Shown: one piece after another, positions 22,850 through 35,482 of the stretch
Layout: each line of letters starts with the position of its first letter
How positions within the stretch are numbered: the first letter of the stretch is position 1
Source of the DNA: Lepidodermella squamata
Lineage: Eukaryota; Animalia; Gastrotricha
DNA length: 64,000 nt
Assembly (NCBI GenBank): GCA_047495785.1
Contig: JBLDXI010000011.1
Coordinates: 1,736,001 to 1,800,000, forward strand
Direction: 5' to 3'
Translations under genes and position numbers: made by a program
Notes under the pieces: generated by a model
Databases searched by the model: none
Told to the model about the DNA's origin: nothing
What the model saw: only the letters and a program-made list of their open reading frames with translations

Positions 22850-25133
22850 ATGTTGCCCTGCGATGGGAATAATTTGATTTTGTTAACGGCGATATCATCA
22901 GTATTTTGGGAAACTAGCGCAGCTTGCCCTTCTGCGTCGACTGCATCGACCTTCGTTCCATCAAACGGTATTCCTTGCTCGGCCAATATGACATGTGTTC
23001 CAACCAGAAACCTGTGCACGGAATCATGGCTATCTTGCCAATCAATCCCAGTAAGTCGTAAGTCGACGCGAAATTTAGTCCACTAGATGTGAAAGATGCG
23101 GGGACGCTATCATTAAAGCGGCGGCGAAATAGCGAGTGACAAATTATCGTGAACATGTATGAAGGCCGCGCCGATGAATTTTTCTAGTTGTTGGGAAAGG
23201 CGGGAAAACAGCGAATTTATTCGAGCTGAATTTGCAAAGATACGGCCACTTTTTATGCGGGTGACGCGAGAAAAATAGGGCGCATCGAAGTATCCGAAGT
23301 GCGATGACAATTGACTTCGGACCGGCGAATCTGAGGAGCCGAAGTAACACGCATTAACCCTTTCACGGCCAATGGGACGTATATTAGGACGCTGCATTCA
23401 GAGCACGCCGACAGACAAGAACACGTGTTCACTTTATATTCAGTATATATTGCAGCTTGAAAAAATAAAATGACGGGCCTCAATTCGAATTTGTTTAATA
23501 ATTAAAATTTAAAAATTTAAAATGACTTATTAATGTAAAAAATGGCGCGAAGAATTTACGCCTATTTTCCTTCTTTATTTGTAATCGTGACGTTTCAACG
23601 TCATCTGACGTCATCTTCAGACATTACAGAAATCTATAAGACAGCAAGACTTTGCTGTTCTTGCTGGCTTATAGATTTCTCTAGCCCTACATGACCATGC
23701 CCAAGCGCTGCCTTAAAAGTGAAAGTGAAACAGTGAAAGCAAAATCGTTGTATAAAAATAGTTGTATAACATCACCCTGATTTTTGGCCTTCCAACTTTG
23801 CTTAAGCCCGGGTTAGTATTTGCAACAATACGGTAATAGTGAAACGCAAAAAAGAGTAGCGTAGGTCACCCTGAAGTGGGTGTTTTTCAGGGTGCCAGAT
23901 TTCCTATTCCCTTCGATAGCCGCAGTCTTAAGCCGCATTTCTGCTGATTGATCGTTTCAAGTTATTCTAATTTGCCTCGATATTGGGCGCACTTCATCAC
24001 CGCTCGCGTACTACTGTTTACATGTTACGCTTAATCCTTAAGGCTTAATCCCTCAGCCGCGCACTTGAATTTCCTGCTACCCACTTGCAGTGTGTGCACC
24101 ATTCTGCGCCACTAAAATATCGTTTCCTATCTGTTATAGTGCTGCCTATGCGTTTAGATTCATCTAAATAATCATAAATAAGATTAATCCAACTTGATTG
24201 AATCTTGCAAAAAAATCAGTAAAATGATGTCACCATTCAGGATTGTAGGTTGTAGGAGTTGACGCCGGTGAGCGAAGCCGAGGCTCATTCTGATATAAAC
24301 ACATATAGACCATGTGACGTAGATACGTACACATGATGTAGACTGCCGTGAATGTGTTTCCAACTACTACACTCTGCGTTGAAGAAATTTAGTAATAAAT
24401 TGAATAATCAAACTTTAATTTTAAACCGTTTCATTTTAATAATAATCTCAACTTTTTTGTTGAATTCAACATTTTCTCATTTTCTCTATTACCAGGCTAC
24501 TTACCACCTGTGTTCTATGACGACCAACGGTAATGGCCCTGGCTTAGCGCAAACTATCAAGTTCTGCCAAAACTCCGCATCAATCTTTCCAATTTGCACG
24601 TACCCCCTGTCAGTAATCCCTGCTGCAGGGGTAATTACTTCAATAGCTTCCCTAAAACGGTAGTTAATATGTGGTTCAACTTGGTTAGCCTTCTAGTGAC
24701 GCGATCAACAGGTTCAGCACATTTGAGGCGTGCTGCGCAGCCACACAGACGCCTGCTAAAGCTGAGCTCATCAAATACGAAGACCTCTACGGGATTTTGA
24801 TCTGTTTCGGTGCAACTGATGCGAATCCTTACAAAATAACAGCAGCAACGGCTGTTTCAAATTCTGGCACCTGCGTTCGTTTCCCCAACACAGCTGCAGA
24901 GGCCAGCCATGTAGTTGTAACAGGTGGATTGGTAAGCAAGCGTTTCGAGTATTACCCTTATAAATACTGTAGTTAAATAATTGATTGATATTTTGCAGAA
25001 TTCAGTCTCCTCATTTTCCTACCCCAACTTCGTGAGTTGCTGCCTTGCTCTCGGCGGAATAACGGGAATGAAATTTGTCCTGGAGATCCAAGTATACGGT
25101 TGGGGCATTGATTCATGCCGTGGTGTCAACTGA
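22850..25133 (+). CDS. B2: secreted Cys-rich protein, about 237 aa
   Basis: Exons 22850-23050, 24496-24630, 24689-24931 and 24999-25133. Open spliced frame with all family Cys present. Confidence 0.85.
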
Positions 25134-26430
25134 AACCATTTCACTGCTCATGTTCTAATGAAACGGCTCATCTCCAGCTGTTTGATAAATGAGACTGAAA
25201 ATGAATTATCATTTTTTCGTCTTCCTTTGAGCATTTTGTGATTGTAAGTAATTGAAGTGTAAAAGCCACAGGCTTACCCGTGAAGATTTTTAGGAGACGA
25301 CTGAATACAGGCCGTCAAGAACTGACAGCTTAGTCGCCAATAACGTGCTTTTGCACAACATTCATAAATAAATAAATAATTTTGAAGTTATGGAAAAGCA
25401 GTCGACTGTCGTCACTGTTGATCAGCTGCATTCGAACTCTTGCGGCCGAAGAAGGGTCGAACTATACTGGAGCCGAGGCCGCCAAATGCCGATGGGGAAG
25501 CAATTTGCGGGCATTTTATTACATAAATGTTTCGCATACAACTAAAAGCTAAATTTTACGCCTTACGCCCGTAACGGTTTCGCTCAATGAGAAGAATCAT
25601 TGGAAAAAGAGAACGTTGGTACCTTTTGTGGTGGGCTTTGAACTCTACTTAGATTTTCGGACTTCAGGCCGACATCGGGTCAGCCTTCAGTAAAGATTCA
25701 GATTCAGATGATCAGAATTTTTTTTCCCGAATGCTCAGATCATTTTTACTGCCACATTTTTTAGACAAGTCCAGAAGTAGCCGATTTCCGCCTGAAATTC
25801 TTGTGAAACTATGATGGAAATGCCCATCACGCCAAATATTATTATAAGTATTATAAGTATATTATATTTTGCTTGGGTCGCAAATCGACGGCTGAGTTGT
25901 CAATATTTCTTTAAAATCAAGTTCAAGTCACCTAGGGCCTTTTGTACTTTTTGAAAGCTTGAACTGCTCACTATTTATATATCACCATTTCCTGTGCTAT
26001 CGTTCGGCGCTGCAAGCTATTCATTTTAAATCGGTATTGTCAAAAGTTAGCCAGGCTAAAACAACTCCCAACTGCATTATCGTAGAAACGGGAACGAAAA
26101 ACCTTTTTAGTCGTCCACGTAATTTTAGAAGGCGGAAATGCTGTACTGGAGTCTTTATTATTTGATTCATTCTTAGAGCAAATAATTTTCGTGAAATCAT
26201 GAGAAAACCAGTCGCATTAAGCTTGGAGTGATGGCAGCGCAATGCAGGTTTTCATTTCGTAAATATTTCATGGTCGCTATATAACATTTGTTGCAGGAGA
26301 TTTGAAAAAGAAAATGTTGCGCTTTCACCGGCGCTTTCAAGTGGCTTTTTTTGAATCCTGGTTGAAAATCAGGGCTGTGTGCGAAACGAGCAAGCGAAAT
26401 AATAGTAACTACATCCTGGAAATCAGTAAT

Positions 26431-26540
26431 CTGCCTCCGTCAAGCTTTGTACCATTCACCAGCCCGCCAGCATTTGCTTGCCCCAACCAGTCAGATATGC
26501 GTGCCATCCACTAACCTGTGCACAGATTCGTCGAAATCTC
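26431..26540 (+). pseudogene. Orphan, frameshifted B-type exon-1 fragment
   Basis: PPSSFVPFTSPPAFACP, nearly identical to B5 exon 1, with a +1 frameshift and no signal peptide or splice donor. Confidence 0.75.
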
Positions 26541-26791
26541 GAGTCACGCGACATAAGCTGGCAGTAGAAATTGGTTAAGTAAACCATTGTCTCTGTCACT
26601 TAATGGAAAACATCCGGTTTCAAACAAGCAATCATACTGCTTCATAGTCGGCTAGTTATCATGACAACCTTGGCATTTGTTTTGAAGATTGACGACGCTA
26701 ATGGCAGTTTAAAACAAAAACAGTATAGAGCATCTACAGCGCAATAAAACTCATCACTGCAGTATTAACTAGCCCTTCAGCATCAACAACT

Positions 26792-28758
26792 ATGTTACCA
26801 TGCAAATGGAATCGTTTACCTTTGGCAACAGCTATTTTATCAGTATTTTTGACAACCAGCGATGCTTGCACTTCGCCATCGCCTCCGTCAAGTTTCGTAC
26901 CATTCACCAGCCCGCCGAACAATTATACTGGAGCTTGTCCAACCGGTACGACATGCGTGGCAACCGCTAACCTGTGCTCAGATCTTACAAAATCTTGCCA
27001 GCCAATAGTCAATCCATCAACAGTAAGTCATATTTTCTGATATGCTATGACGGAGAGTAGTGTTCCGAAACGTCCCTGCAATTTTTTCCGGTAATTTCTT
27101 GCGTGAACAGTGTGCCATGCGTGTCTAGAAGCACTTGACCCGTGCTCAGAAATATGGCCATTTAAAATATTAAAAGGCAGATCGCAAAAACATATTAATA
27201 GGCAGGGCCTTGTATGAAGTGGCTTGCATGAGAGCCTGCTGGGCAAGTGGTTGAAGCTGGATAGGTTGCGACCTTTCGTCTGTAAGCGCACAAATCGCAC
27301 TAATTTTCGATATAAAAACACAAAAATGCGAATTTTTAACTCGAGAATCCCTAAACCTGGCTGGCTTCATAAGGTCTTAAAAGTGTACGCCGATTAACTA
27401 TACCCCTACCCCTTTTCTCAACGGTTTCAATAAGGAATATTTTTTTGTGTCTGCCACTGAGCGTGGTCCAGTGGGCAGTCTGCGAAGTAGGATCCGGGAG
27501 CTGAGGTGTTATCTACTTGTTTTCTGGAACCCAGCCGAAGAAACCAAAGGGTCCCCCCTTTGGTTTTTTTCAGCCTTTCTCTGGTTTGGGTCTCGGAGCT
27601 GGGGTGTCGCGACGACCCAGCACCCCGGTAATTCGCACCCTGCCAGTGGGCAACAATCGGAACACTGCTCATTAGATTCGAAAAAAGATTCGTAAACAAT
27701 AAACACAATAGCCCAAATACCCTAAATTCAATGACTTGAACTCCGTTTGGTAAAATTCGGGGCTGTCTCCTATAATTCGTGAAATACGGGAAACAAAAAC
27801 CTGTCCTTTCACAGATAGCCGTAAGTCAAAGTGAAATTTTGGTCTTTTTAAAAATAAGTTTTAGACGAATGTTGGCGACTTCCCGACTGAAAGAGTTCGG
27901 GACAGATGCTGGCTTTTCCGAGGCTTAATCCAACAAACAGATAAAATTGTCTGTAGCCATGAATGAATGTGTAGCTAATGTGTAGCATCAGTCGTAGGTG
28001 CGGATATTGAGCTTGAGAATGACTAATTGAATATTTAACTTTATATCTTATTATTAATAACGCAACTTTTACCATTTATATTCAACGATTTCTTTTTTCT
28101 CGATGACCAGTTAAGTTACCGGCTGTGTATTATGTCAACCCTGGGGTCTGGGGCTGCCGGAGTTGGTCAAGTATCTCAAACTGTCAAGTTCTGCCAAAAT
28201 GTCGCAGGAGCTTCGTGTAGTCAGTATCTGACTGTTGCATTGGTAATTATTTTACTAGCTCACCTAAACACGACAGTTGATATTGATTTATGTGGCTAGA
28301 CGGCTGCTGACCCGACCAACAGCTTCAGCACATTTGCTGCATGCTGCGCAGCCACGCAGACGCCTGCTAATGTTGCCTTCATCAAATACGAAGTCCTCCC
28401 GCAGGCCACCGGTACCCCCGGTATATTGACCTGTATCGGTGGAATCGATGCAAATTCTTACAAAATAACAGCTGCAAATACTGTATCACCTTCTGGCTCC
28501 TGCGTTCGTTTCCCACATACAGCTAGAGCCATCACCGACGTAATTGTATCTAACGGATTGGTGAGCAAGCGCTTTGCTCTTAATCTTTATGTAAAGTTTA
28601 TAATTGATTGATATATATTGCAGACAGGAGTCTCCACATTTGCCCACTCAACCTTCGCGAGTTGCTGCCTAGCTCTCGGTGCAACGGGTACGAAAAGCGT
28701 CGGCACAGCCACCATATATGGTATTGCGAATATGGAAGTATGCGACGGTTCCAACTAA
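26792..28758 (+). CDS. B3: secreted Cys-rich protein, about 252 aa
   Basis: Exons 26792-27022, 28111-28242, 28300-28560 and 28624-28758. Open spliced frame. Confidence 0.85.
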
Positions 28759-30675
28759 AACATATTCAGCCCTCATCGTAGATGAAAGGGCTCCAGCTAT
28801 TTACTGAATGAAACGAAGAAATAATGAATCTATGTTTTGTTTTCGTCCTTCTGTAAATCACGTTTGCTGTGATTTGCTTTCGCTCAACATTTACTAAACG
28901 TTTCGCATAAATTCAAATTTCAGCCCGAATTCGATGCGATTCCTGACGATTCCCCTCAATGAGATCAGAGAACGCTGTTATTCAGGGGGAGGGGTTTGGG
29001 TACTTTAAACTTTACAGTAGAGGCATCACTTTTAAGAGAGTCCAAGCAGCCGAGTCGACACCGGGTCCGACGTTGCTGATGGCTGCCGTCTTTGGATGGG
29101 TTCAGGAGAGTAATACAAATCCTTTTTGGCATTTTAAGGTCGTAAGGCCCAAATGGACAGGCGAGGTGAAACTGAGGCCTTTTCCTTTTCATTTTAATTC
29201 TTCACTTGAAATGCACCATATGCCCCATACTGTCGCCGTTTGTGATTGGACAAGATGTTTGTATGCCGCCAGCGTGCGCACAGTATAGGTTTGGCTTTTG
29301 GATCTAAAGCGATTGCTGATTCAGTTAACCACTGTATACATCACAACCGTATTGTCGCCATTCATGTCGTGGATATGTTTGTTTGCTCAGTCTTACCGGG
29401 GTTGCTTTTGATTCAGCCATTGCTTGTGTAAAGCCAGTGTAAATTTCGGAAAAACCAGAATTGATATGTGTAATTCTGCCCTGAGGTACAACTGGAGCCC
29501 AAACCTGCCAGGTTTCTTGATAGGGTTTCTTGATGCGAGAATCCCTTTTTTAGCGGTTTCAGTGACTTTTTCAATTGAAAATCTTCACTTGAATTTCTCG
29601 ATTCGCTCGCATACAACCGTAATTCTTATTCGATCGTTGCAAAATCTGGTTATCTTAGCCCAGCACGAACACTTTTTCGATAAGTCCTAGTAAGTTGCAC
29701 AGTGATTTGAGTGATTCCTTAAGCCTTAAGCTAAGAGCCTACTAAAATTGGCGTGTACCATTCGAAAATTCGAAATCCGATCCAGGTCAGCTAAAATTTG
29801 AAGCATTTGTTGCTAACTAAGCATAAAATGTAAAACAAAAATAGCCTCAGCTAAAGTTTGCTACGCTCGCCTTTTAAAACCAAGGAGAAATTGACAAAAT
29901 ACGCAGAAATGGGGATTAGCCAAATCTGGAGCTGAAGGGTCGCGAGCGAAGTCGGAAGTCGATCGCTCTCGCCTGGCGTGCTATACATCCAGCCGATACC
30001 TGTGAGAGAGTGTGAATTTCCGAAATTGAAAAAATCAGAATGGTTATGTGTAATGCTGCCCGACTCGGTGTTCGCAGCAGCTGTTTCAGCGGCGATCTCC
30101 GTTGTTCACTCATTATTCCTTTATTCTTGTGAAGCCGTCCACCCACTTTTATCGCCCACGGCGAATTTTTTACGCCCATACGTATTTAGATAGAACTCGA
30201 TGTGCTGATCATTTTGGTGAAAACCGCATGACGATACGACACTCCTACGCTTGGGCGTAACGCTGGGCGCAGGCTTCACATTTTGCGCGCGTTGTGTGAA
30301 GCTGTCAACCCATCTCGCCACCCATTGTTATGATCAGCGTGCGCGCGCACGCAATAGCGAGAAAAGGAAGAGTCACTTCATTTGCGTCATAGCGCACTTT
30401 CCTTCTTTATTTTTCTCGAGCTTCATCATAACGATAACTTCCATACAATTTGAAATCATAAATTAGATTGATTGAAAGCAACAAAAATTTTCGCTGGGAT
30501 CAGCAGCAGCAGTAAGAGTCAATAAAATATTGCCATGTTTTCAGAATTATCGTCAAGATTTTAACAAATATTGAAATATTGTAATGTAACTAACGGCTTT
30601 AACAATCATCGATAAGATCTGAGATACATCAAGTAAGTATAAAATGAAGTATTTCAGACAATTAATAATTTTGAG

Positions 30676-31690
30676 TTATTGACGTTTAAGCGAAACAATG
30701 GGTTCAAAATGGCCGCTAAGGCCGAAGCCGGAGAATTTAAGGAAAATGGCGCCATTAGAATGGTCAAAAGCAATTGTATTATTCGCACTTGAAGTGTCAT
30801 AATTTAGGGCAATCACATCCTCGTAAGTATAACGGTGCCAGCCGCTTCGAGTGGCGCCAGCGATGCTGGAGTGCTCGGCGCCGTAGATGAATATTGGTAT
30901 TTGAAACAGGGCCGCGGCGGCGTGTACTTCTGGGCCATCGGTTGGCTGCCCGAGCTTGAAAGGCTTGTGGCTCTTCAGGAATTGGTTCATTGATTTGTGT
31001 TTCGTGTGGTCCAGGCATCCTTTGAAGAGTTCAGCATTCTCGGCCAGGTATGCGCTTATCGCCGCTCGTACCTGGTAATTGAAATTTTATTCATTAGAAT
31101 TCACACTTTTTTCAAGAACTAGAATCTTAGAATATTTCAAAAATCACGTTTTTCACGTTTTTCTCAAGTTTCTGAACTTTTAGTTCAGCTATTTTAATAT
31201 TATTGAAGCCCTGAAATTCCCTAATATTATTGAATATTATTGAAGCCCTAAAATTCCCTTAATTTATTGTGACAATTCGAGACATTTTCGAGCTATTTTT
31301 CTACTGCAAAATTTCTTAATAATTTCCTAGCCCTAACTCAATTTTTTTTAATTATTACCTTCGGATGTTGTTCGGCATCTTTGAAAAGCCAGAACGCTAT
31401 TGATCGAGGGAAGCAGTTGCCGTCGCCCTTAGTTGGCCAAGTTTGAAAGGGGATGCTGCGCTCCCACGAAATTTGAGGGCAGCTTTTAACGTTAGCCAAA
31501 CGCTTAGGAACCAGCGAATGGTCGAGTCCGCAAAGAGTCGCAGCTCGAAGGCGGGATTCATAACTTGGCGGTAAGAACTTCGGGTGAGAGATAGAACGAT
31601 TTCGTTGATTGTTACTCGGCTTGGATTTTTCATTCGCTAGATTCACTGTGGAGTTTGCCGAATCTGAAATATCCAAGACCAGCGCGGCTC
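30676..31690 (-). CDS. OTU-family cysteine protease (deubiquitinase-like) domain of the transposon, two exons
   Basis: TKGDGNCFPRSIA...HPK, then a GT-AG phase-0 intron at 31358-31072, then VRAAISAYLAEN...GPEVHAAAALFQIPIFIY...GHFEPI. Cys and His boxes are intact, but the domain is out of frame with the transposase. Confidence 0.72.
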
Positions 31691-32496
31691 GGGCACATGA
31701 CGTATTGAAGAACGGCGCTGCCATCTTGCTCATCATTAGCAATCGTTTCACCCGTCGCATCAATATGAACCAGTAGGTCCTCGAAAAGTGAAACCAATTT
31801 AAAGAACAGAGAAATTTGATCATTCAGGAGTAAAATGCAGAATGCCGGAATTCCTATTTCTCGTATGTACACCTTCTCAGGAGGGCCATTCTTCTGCTCC
31901 TCTCGTAAACAAGCCAAGTCGATGTAGCCATTGGCGTGAAATCGGACCAAAAGCTGCTTGTCCGATTTCGCTTTTCGGATAACTTCCGCCGATGGAGCCT
32001 GAGATAAATTGTTGTTGTCGCGAGCCTCTTGAGGAACTTTGCCATAAAGCTTGGCGTGAAGAACAGCGGCCGATTCAGATGAAGATGCTAATTCCTCGCG
32101 GCGTTCGCCTTTCAGTCGACGAGAAACAGGTTTCGATTGTGCAGCATGATTCGCCTCACCGGTTAATTTAACGCTGATCGTGGTACTCGGCGTCGTAGCG
32201 TTGGCGAGCCAAGTCGCGTCGATGGTTCGAGGGCAACCCTTAACGGAACAGTAGCCGTTGGCGGTGACCACGTTGGTAGTTTTGCCGATTTTATGGCCTT
32301 GAAACGCGAAGGGACAGCCAACCCCGATACCAGAGCCAACCATCTCGTAGTAGACTACGTCGTCCCAACCTGAACCCGGGGGATACTTCCTTCGAATGCG
32401 ATCACTTTCGCGAGCATCGATTGTCTCAGGAAATTTCTTCGTACTGATTTCGAAGGTGAACTCCTCGACAAGTTGTTCTTGAGAAGACGATGCCAT
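31630..32496 (-). pseudogene. Truncated MULE-type transposase
   Basis: 288-aa ORF with a Cys/His-containing N-region (YCSVKGC...NH) and the first catalytic Asp motif HIDATG. The rest of the DDE core is missing and the frame shifts near 31690. Confidence 0.65.
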
Positions 32497-34817
32497 GGAA
32501 TCATCTAAAATTCATGTCAAAATTTGAAAGACCCGTGAAATTTCATAATAAAAAGATAAAGATTCCTAATGAATTCAGAATTCAGATGACTTTGAAAAAA
32601 ACAGCCGAAACAAGCAAAATTAAATGCGTTATGGAATCTTTTTTAGGTAACAAACTTCCTTCCACCTTAAAAATCGCTTCGATTAATGAACTTCGATTTG
32701 CCAGGGCTAGTCACGTGTCTCATTCATCTATCAATAATGAATAATGACTCTGAACGAAACGTTATCTCTTAGTTAGTAAAGACATTAGTCGATTCTCTTA
32801 AAAATTTCCAAACTTTAAGTTACCTATTTTGCATGAGGGTTAGAGGATCTCGAAAATGAGATGTGAACTCATGGCGAGAACAATGCGAAAAATTAAAAAA
32901 AAATCGAGATTTACTATCAAATAAGGCACTTGTTAATGGGATTAAAGATCTGGAGAAATGTTGTCCAATCGGGTAAGATACCGAAAATTACAGAACTAAT
33001 TACCATCGGGGTTTTCCGGATTTTCTCCGGGAAAAATAAATCTCGGTTAAATCACGGCTAAAAGACGGAATTTCCTCTCAAATTAACAAAATTTGTGAAA
33101 TTTCCTACAAAAAGCTGCCAAGTTAAAAAATAGTTGCCCTACTTCCGGGACACTTAGATTTACTTTCCTTCCCGAATAATATCTAACGGAAAATAATCTA
33201 CTGGAAAATGGTAAATGGGATTGACTTGCGTCAAATTATTCTGGGTTTGTCTGATGCTTCGAAAATTGCGTCGGTCTGATAGAAATCAAAACTCTAGTCG
33301 GCGCTAGCCTAAAACTAATCACATTTTTCAGATCAAAAAGCTATATATTTTGGTAAAATTAGAAACGCTCTCCTACATGTTTGTCATGTCTCGGAACTTA
33401 AATGGGCCGCATTAAAGCGTGGAATGAAAAAATGGTGTAAAATGTAGCGTATGGTATTAAAAGCCTAAAAATAAGTAAATGTCTAACCTTCGATAGTTTG
33501 CCGAGTCGATCGCGTATTTCGACCCATGGCCGTGCGTTCAGCTCTTAGTTTAATCAGATCAATAACAAAAGTGATTAATGAACTAAAACAATAGGAAAAT
33601 TTGTTATCTGTTAATTCGTTTGTGAGCTGATAGTAACGAAAATCGATGAAGCGTGGAGGACAATAGGGAAAAGCTAGCTGCGGTAATCAACAAAAATGAT
33701 TAGGGATGGGATGGGAACAGAGTCATAGGATCTCGGATCTCAGGTATAGGATATAGGATATAGGACATAGGACATAGGATTAAGAAATTCTACATGCCCG
33801 ACAATCATTTCACCCGGTTTTTTCCTATTACGAGTCCATTTACGCTTTGCGTGATTATTTTTGAGGCGGCTTAGAAGCGCCGCCCGCCCAGCTAAGAGAT
33901 AGGCGCGCGTGATCACCGTCGCCATCACGCTACAACAAGGTGCACAGGTGCGCCGGCACCGCTTTGATCACAGCGCTGCCGCTTCAACAATCAGCAAGCT
34001 CTGGAGCTGTATGGATCTTGATTTCTATCATTTTCAAGTTGATTATCATCTGCCACTGCCATAATATCATGAATATTTCGTCAAAATAACCACTCGGAAA
34101 CGCCTTCCAATTCATCACTTTATTCAGTTCAACCGCGGCCTTGAAAAATATAATGACAGTATGGAATAGAATAATAACAAAATGTAATCCTGGTGCCGAA
34201 AAAAATAGCATTCATACGCGCCATTACACGAATCAAGCGCGTACACAATGACGCGAACAATGGGTGGCGAGATGGGTTGACAGCTTCACACGACGCGCGC
34301 AAAATGTGAAGCCTGCGCCCAGCGTTACGCCCAAGCGTAGGAGTGTCGTATCGTCATGCGGTTTTCACCAAAATGATCAGCACATCGAGTTCTATCTAAA
34401 TACGTATGGGCGTAAAAAATTCGCTGTGGGCGATAAAAGTGGGTGGACGGCTTCACAAGAATTCCATTGATCGTGGAACAATACATTGTTGCTAAACTTT
34501 TATGGCTAATTTATAGCCAAATAATGGTACCGGAAATACGTTATTAGCGAGAGAGTTTGGAGGGTCTTTGAGGTTAAAAGCTATATTTTCTTCCTTGTGA
34601 ACCGTGTTCGCATGAATTTGAGACTGCACGACAATATTATACTCCGATGTCCCTTTTTTACCATTGTTTCATCATCACTAATAAGCGGAGGGACACTCCG
34701 CTTATTTCATGTTGTCTCTTTCAGTCCCTCCGCTTATCGGCCGATAAGCGGAGGCACTAAAAGAGACAACAAGACAAACAAGACAAACAAGACAATCTAT
34801 GACCTAAGACCTAATTA

Positions 34818-35482
34818 CAGGGTGGCCAAAAAATTCCGCAGAGCGGGAATTCGGTGCGCATCAATTTAATCAGGAGTTTTAAGAAGTTGAAGAATTTCAA
34901 GCATTCTTTTGCCAATGGCAGAGGTGGAAACAGTTCGGGTTGACCGGCCGGTAAGTCTCCCAGTTGCCGGTTGGGCCAGGTCGCCGGTTGGGTATGGGTT
35001 GACTAAATTCCAGCCGGTTGACCGGTAAATTGGAATTTTCGGCATGAAAGCCATAAATTTAGCGAATAGAACCGGTCGTGAGACTTCCGCGAAAAATTCT
35101 TCGTGACAGGCGTAGAAAGGAAGCTTTTATCAACAATCAGTGGCCTGCGCTAATTGATTTTTAGAATTTTGGTGATTCATAGTGGTTGAAAGGCATTTTG
35201 AATTATAAAGAGAGCGGTTGCATGATTCACGCTGTTTTTGTTTGGGAAACGTGCTCTTGAAACCGGTCATAAGCCGGTATAGCCGGTAAAAAGCCGGTAA
35301 ACCGGCTTTCTACCGGTTTGGGTTGCCGGTGGGTGACCTGGGTGCCGGTTGGGTCGCCGATTGGGTTGAGTTTTTCCGACCTGTTTCCACCTCTGGCCAA
35401 TGGAACTCCTCAATTTCTTGAAACTCCTCATTAAATTGATGCGCATCGAATTCGCGCTCTGCGGAATTTTTTGGTCACGCTG
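34818..35482. mobile_element. Tc1/mariner-type MITE hosting a nested hAT MITE
   Basis: TA-flanked TIRs cagggtggccaaaaaattccgcagagc / gctctgcggaattttttggtcacgctg, extending for about 80 bp. Confidence 0.8.
34919..35395. mobile_element. hAT-type MITE
   Basis: TIR CAGAGGTGGAAACAG, 8-bp TSD GCCAATGG at 34911-34918 and 35396-35403, and subterminal ACCGG/CCGGT repeats. Confidence 0.85.

Larger units (their letters stand above)
30123..34462 (-). mobile_element. Mutator-like (MULE; NOF-FB/Rehavkus-like) DNA transposon, internally deleted, encoding a transposase N-part and an OTU protease domain
   Basis: 207-bp TIRs at 30123-30329 and 34256-34462 with 2 mismatches seen. The internal ORF has LLVHIDATG. 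No clean TSD (best candidate attccttta/attccattg). Confidence 0.75.

Noticed and set aside
33742-33780. Short tandem repeats (TAGGAYA)n, also 18345-18369, 45991-46012 and 17042-17061
   Set aside because: Ordinary micro/minisatellites without spacers; not CRISPR and not telomeric.
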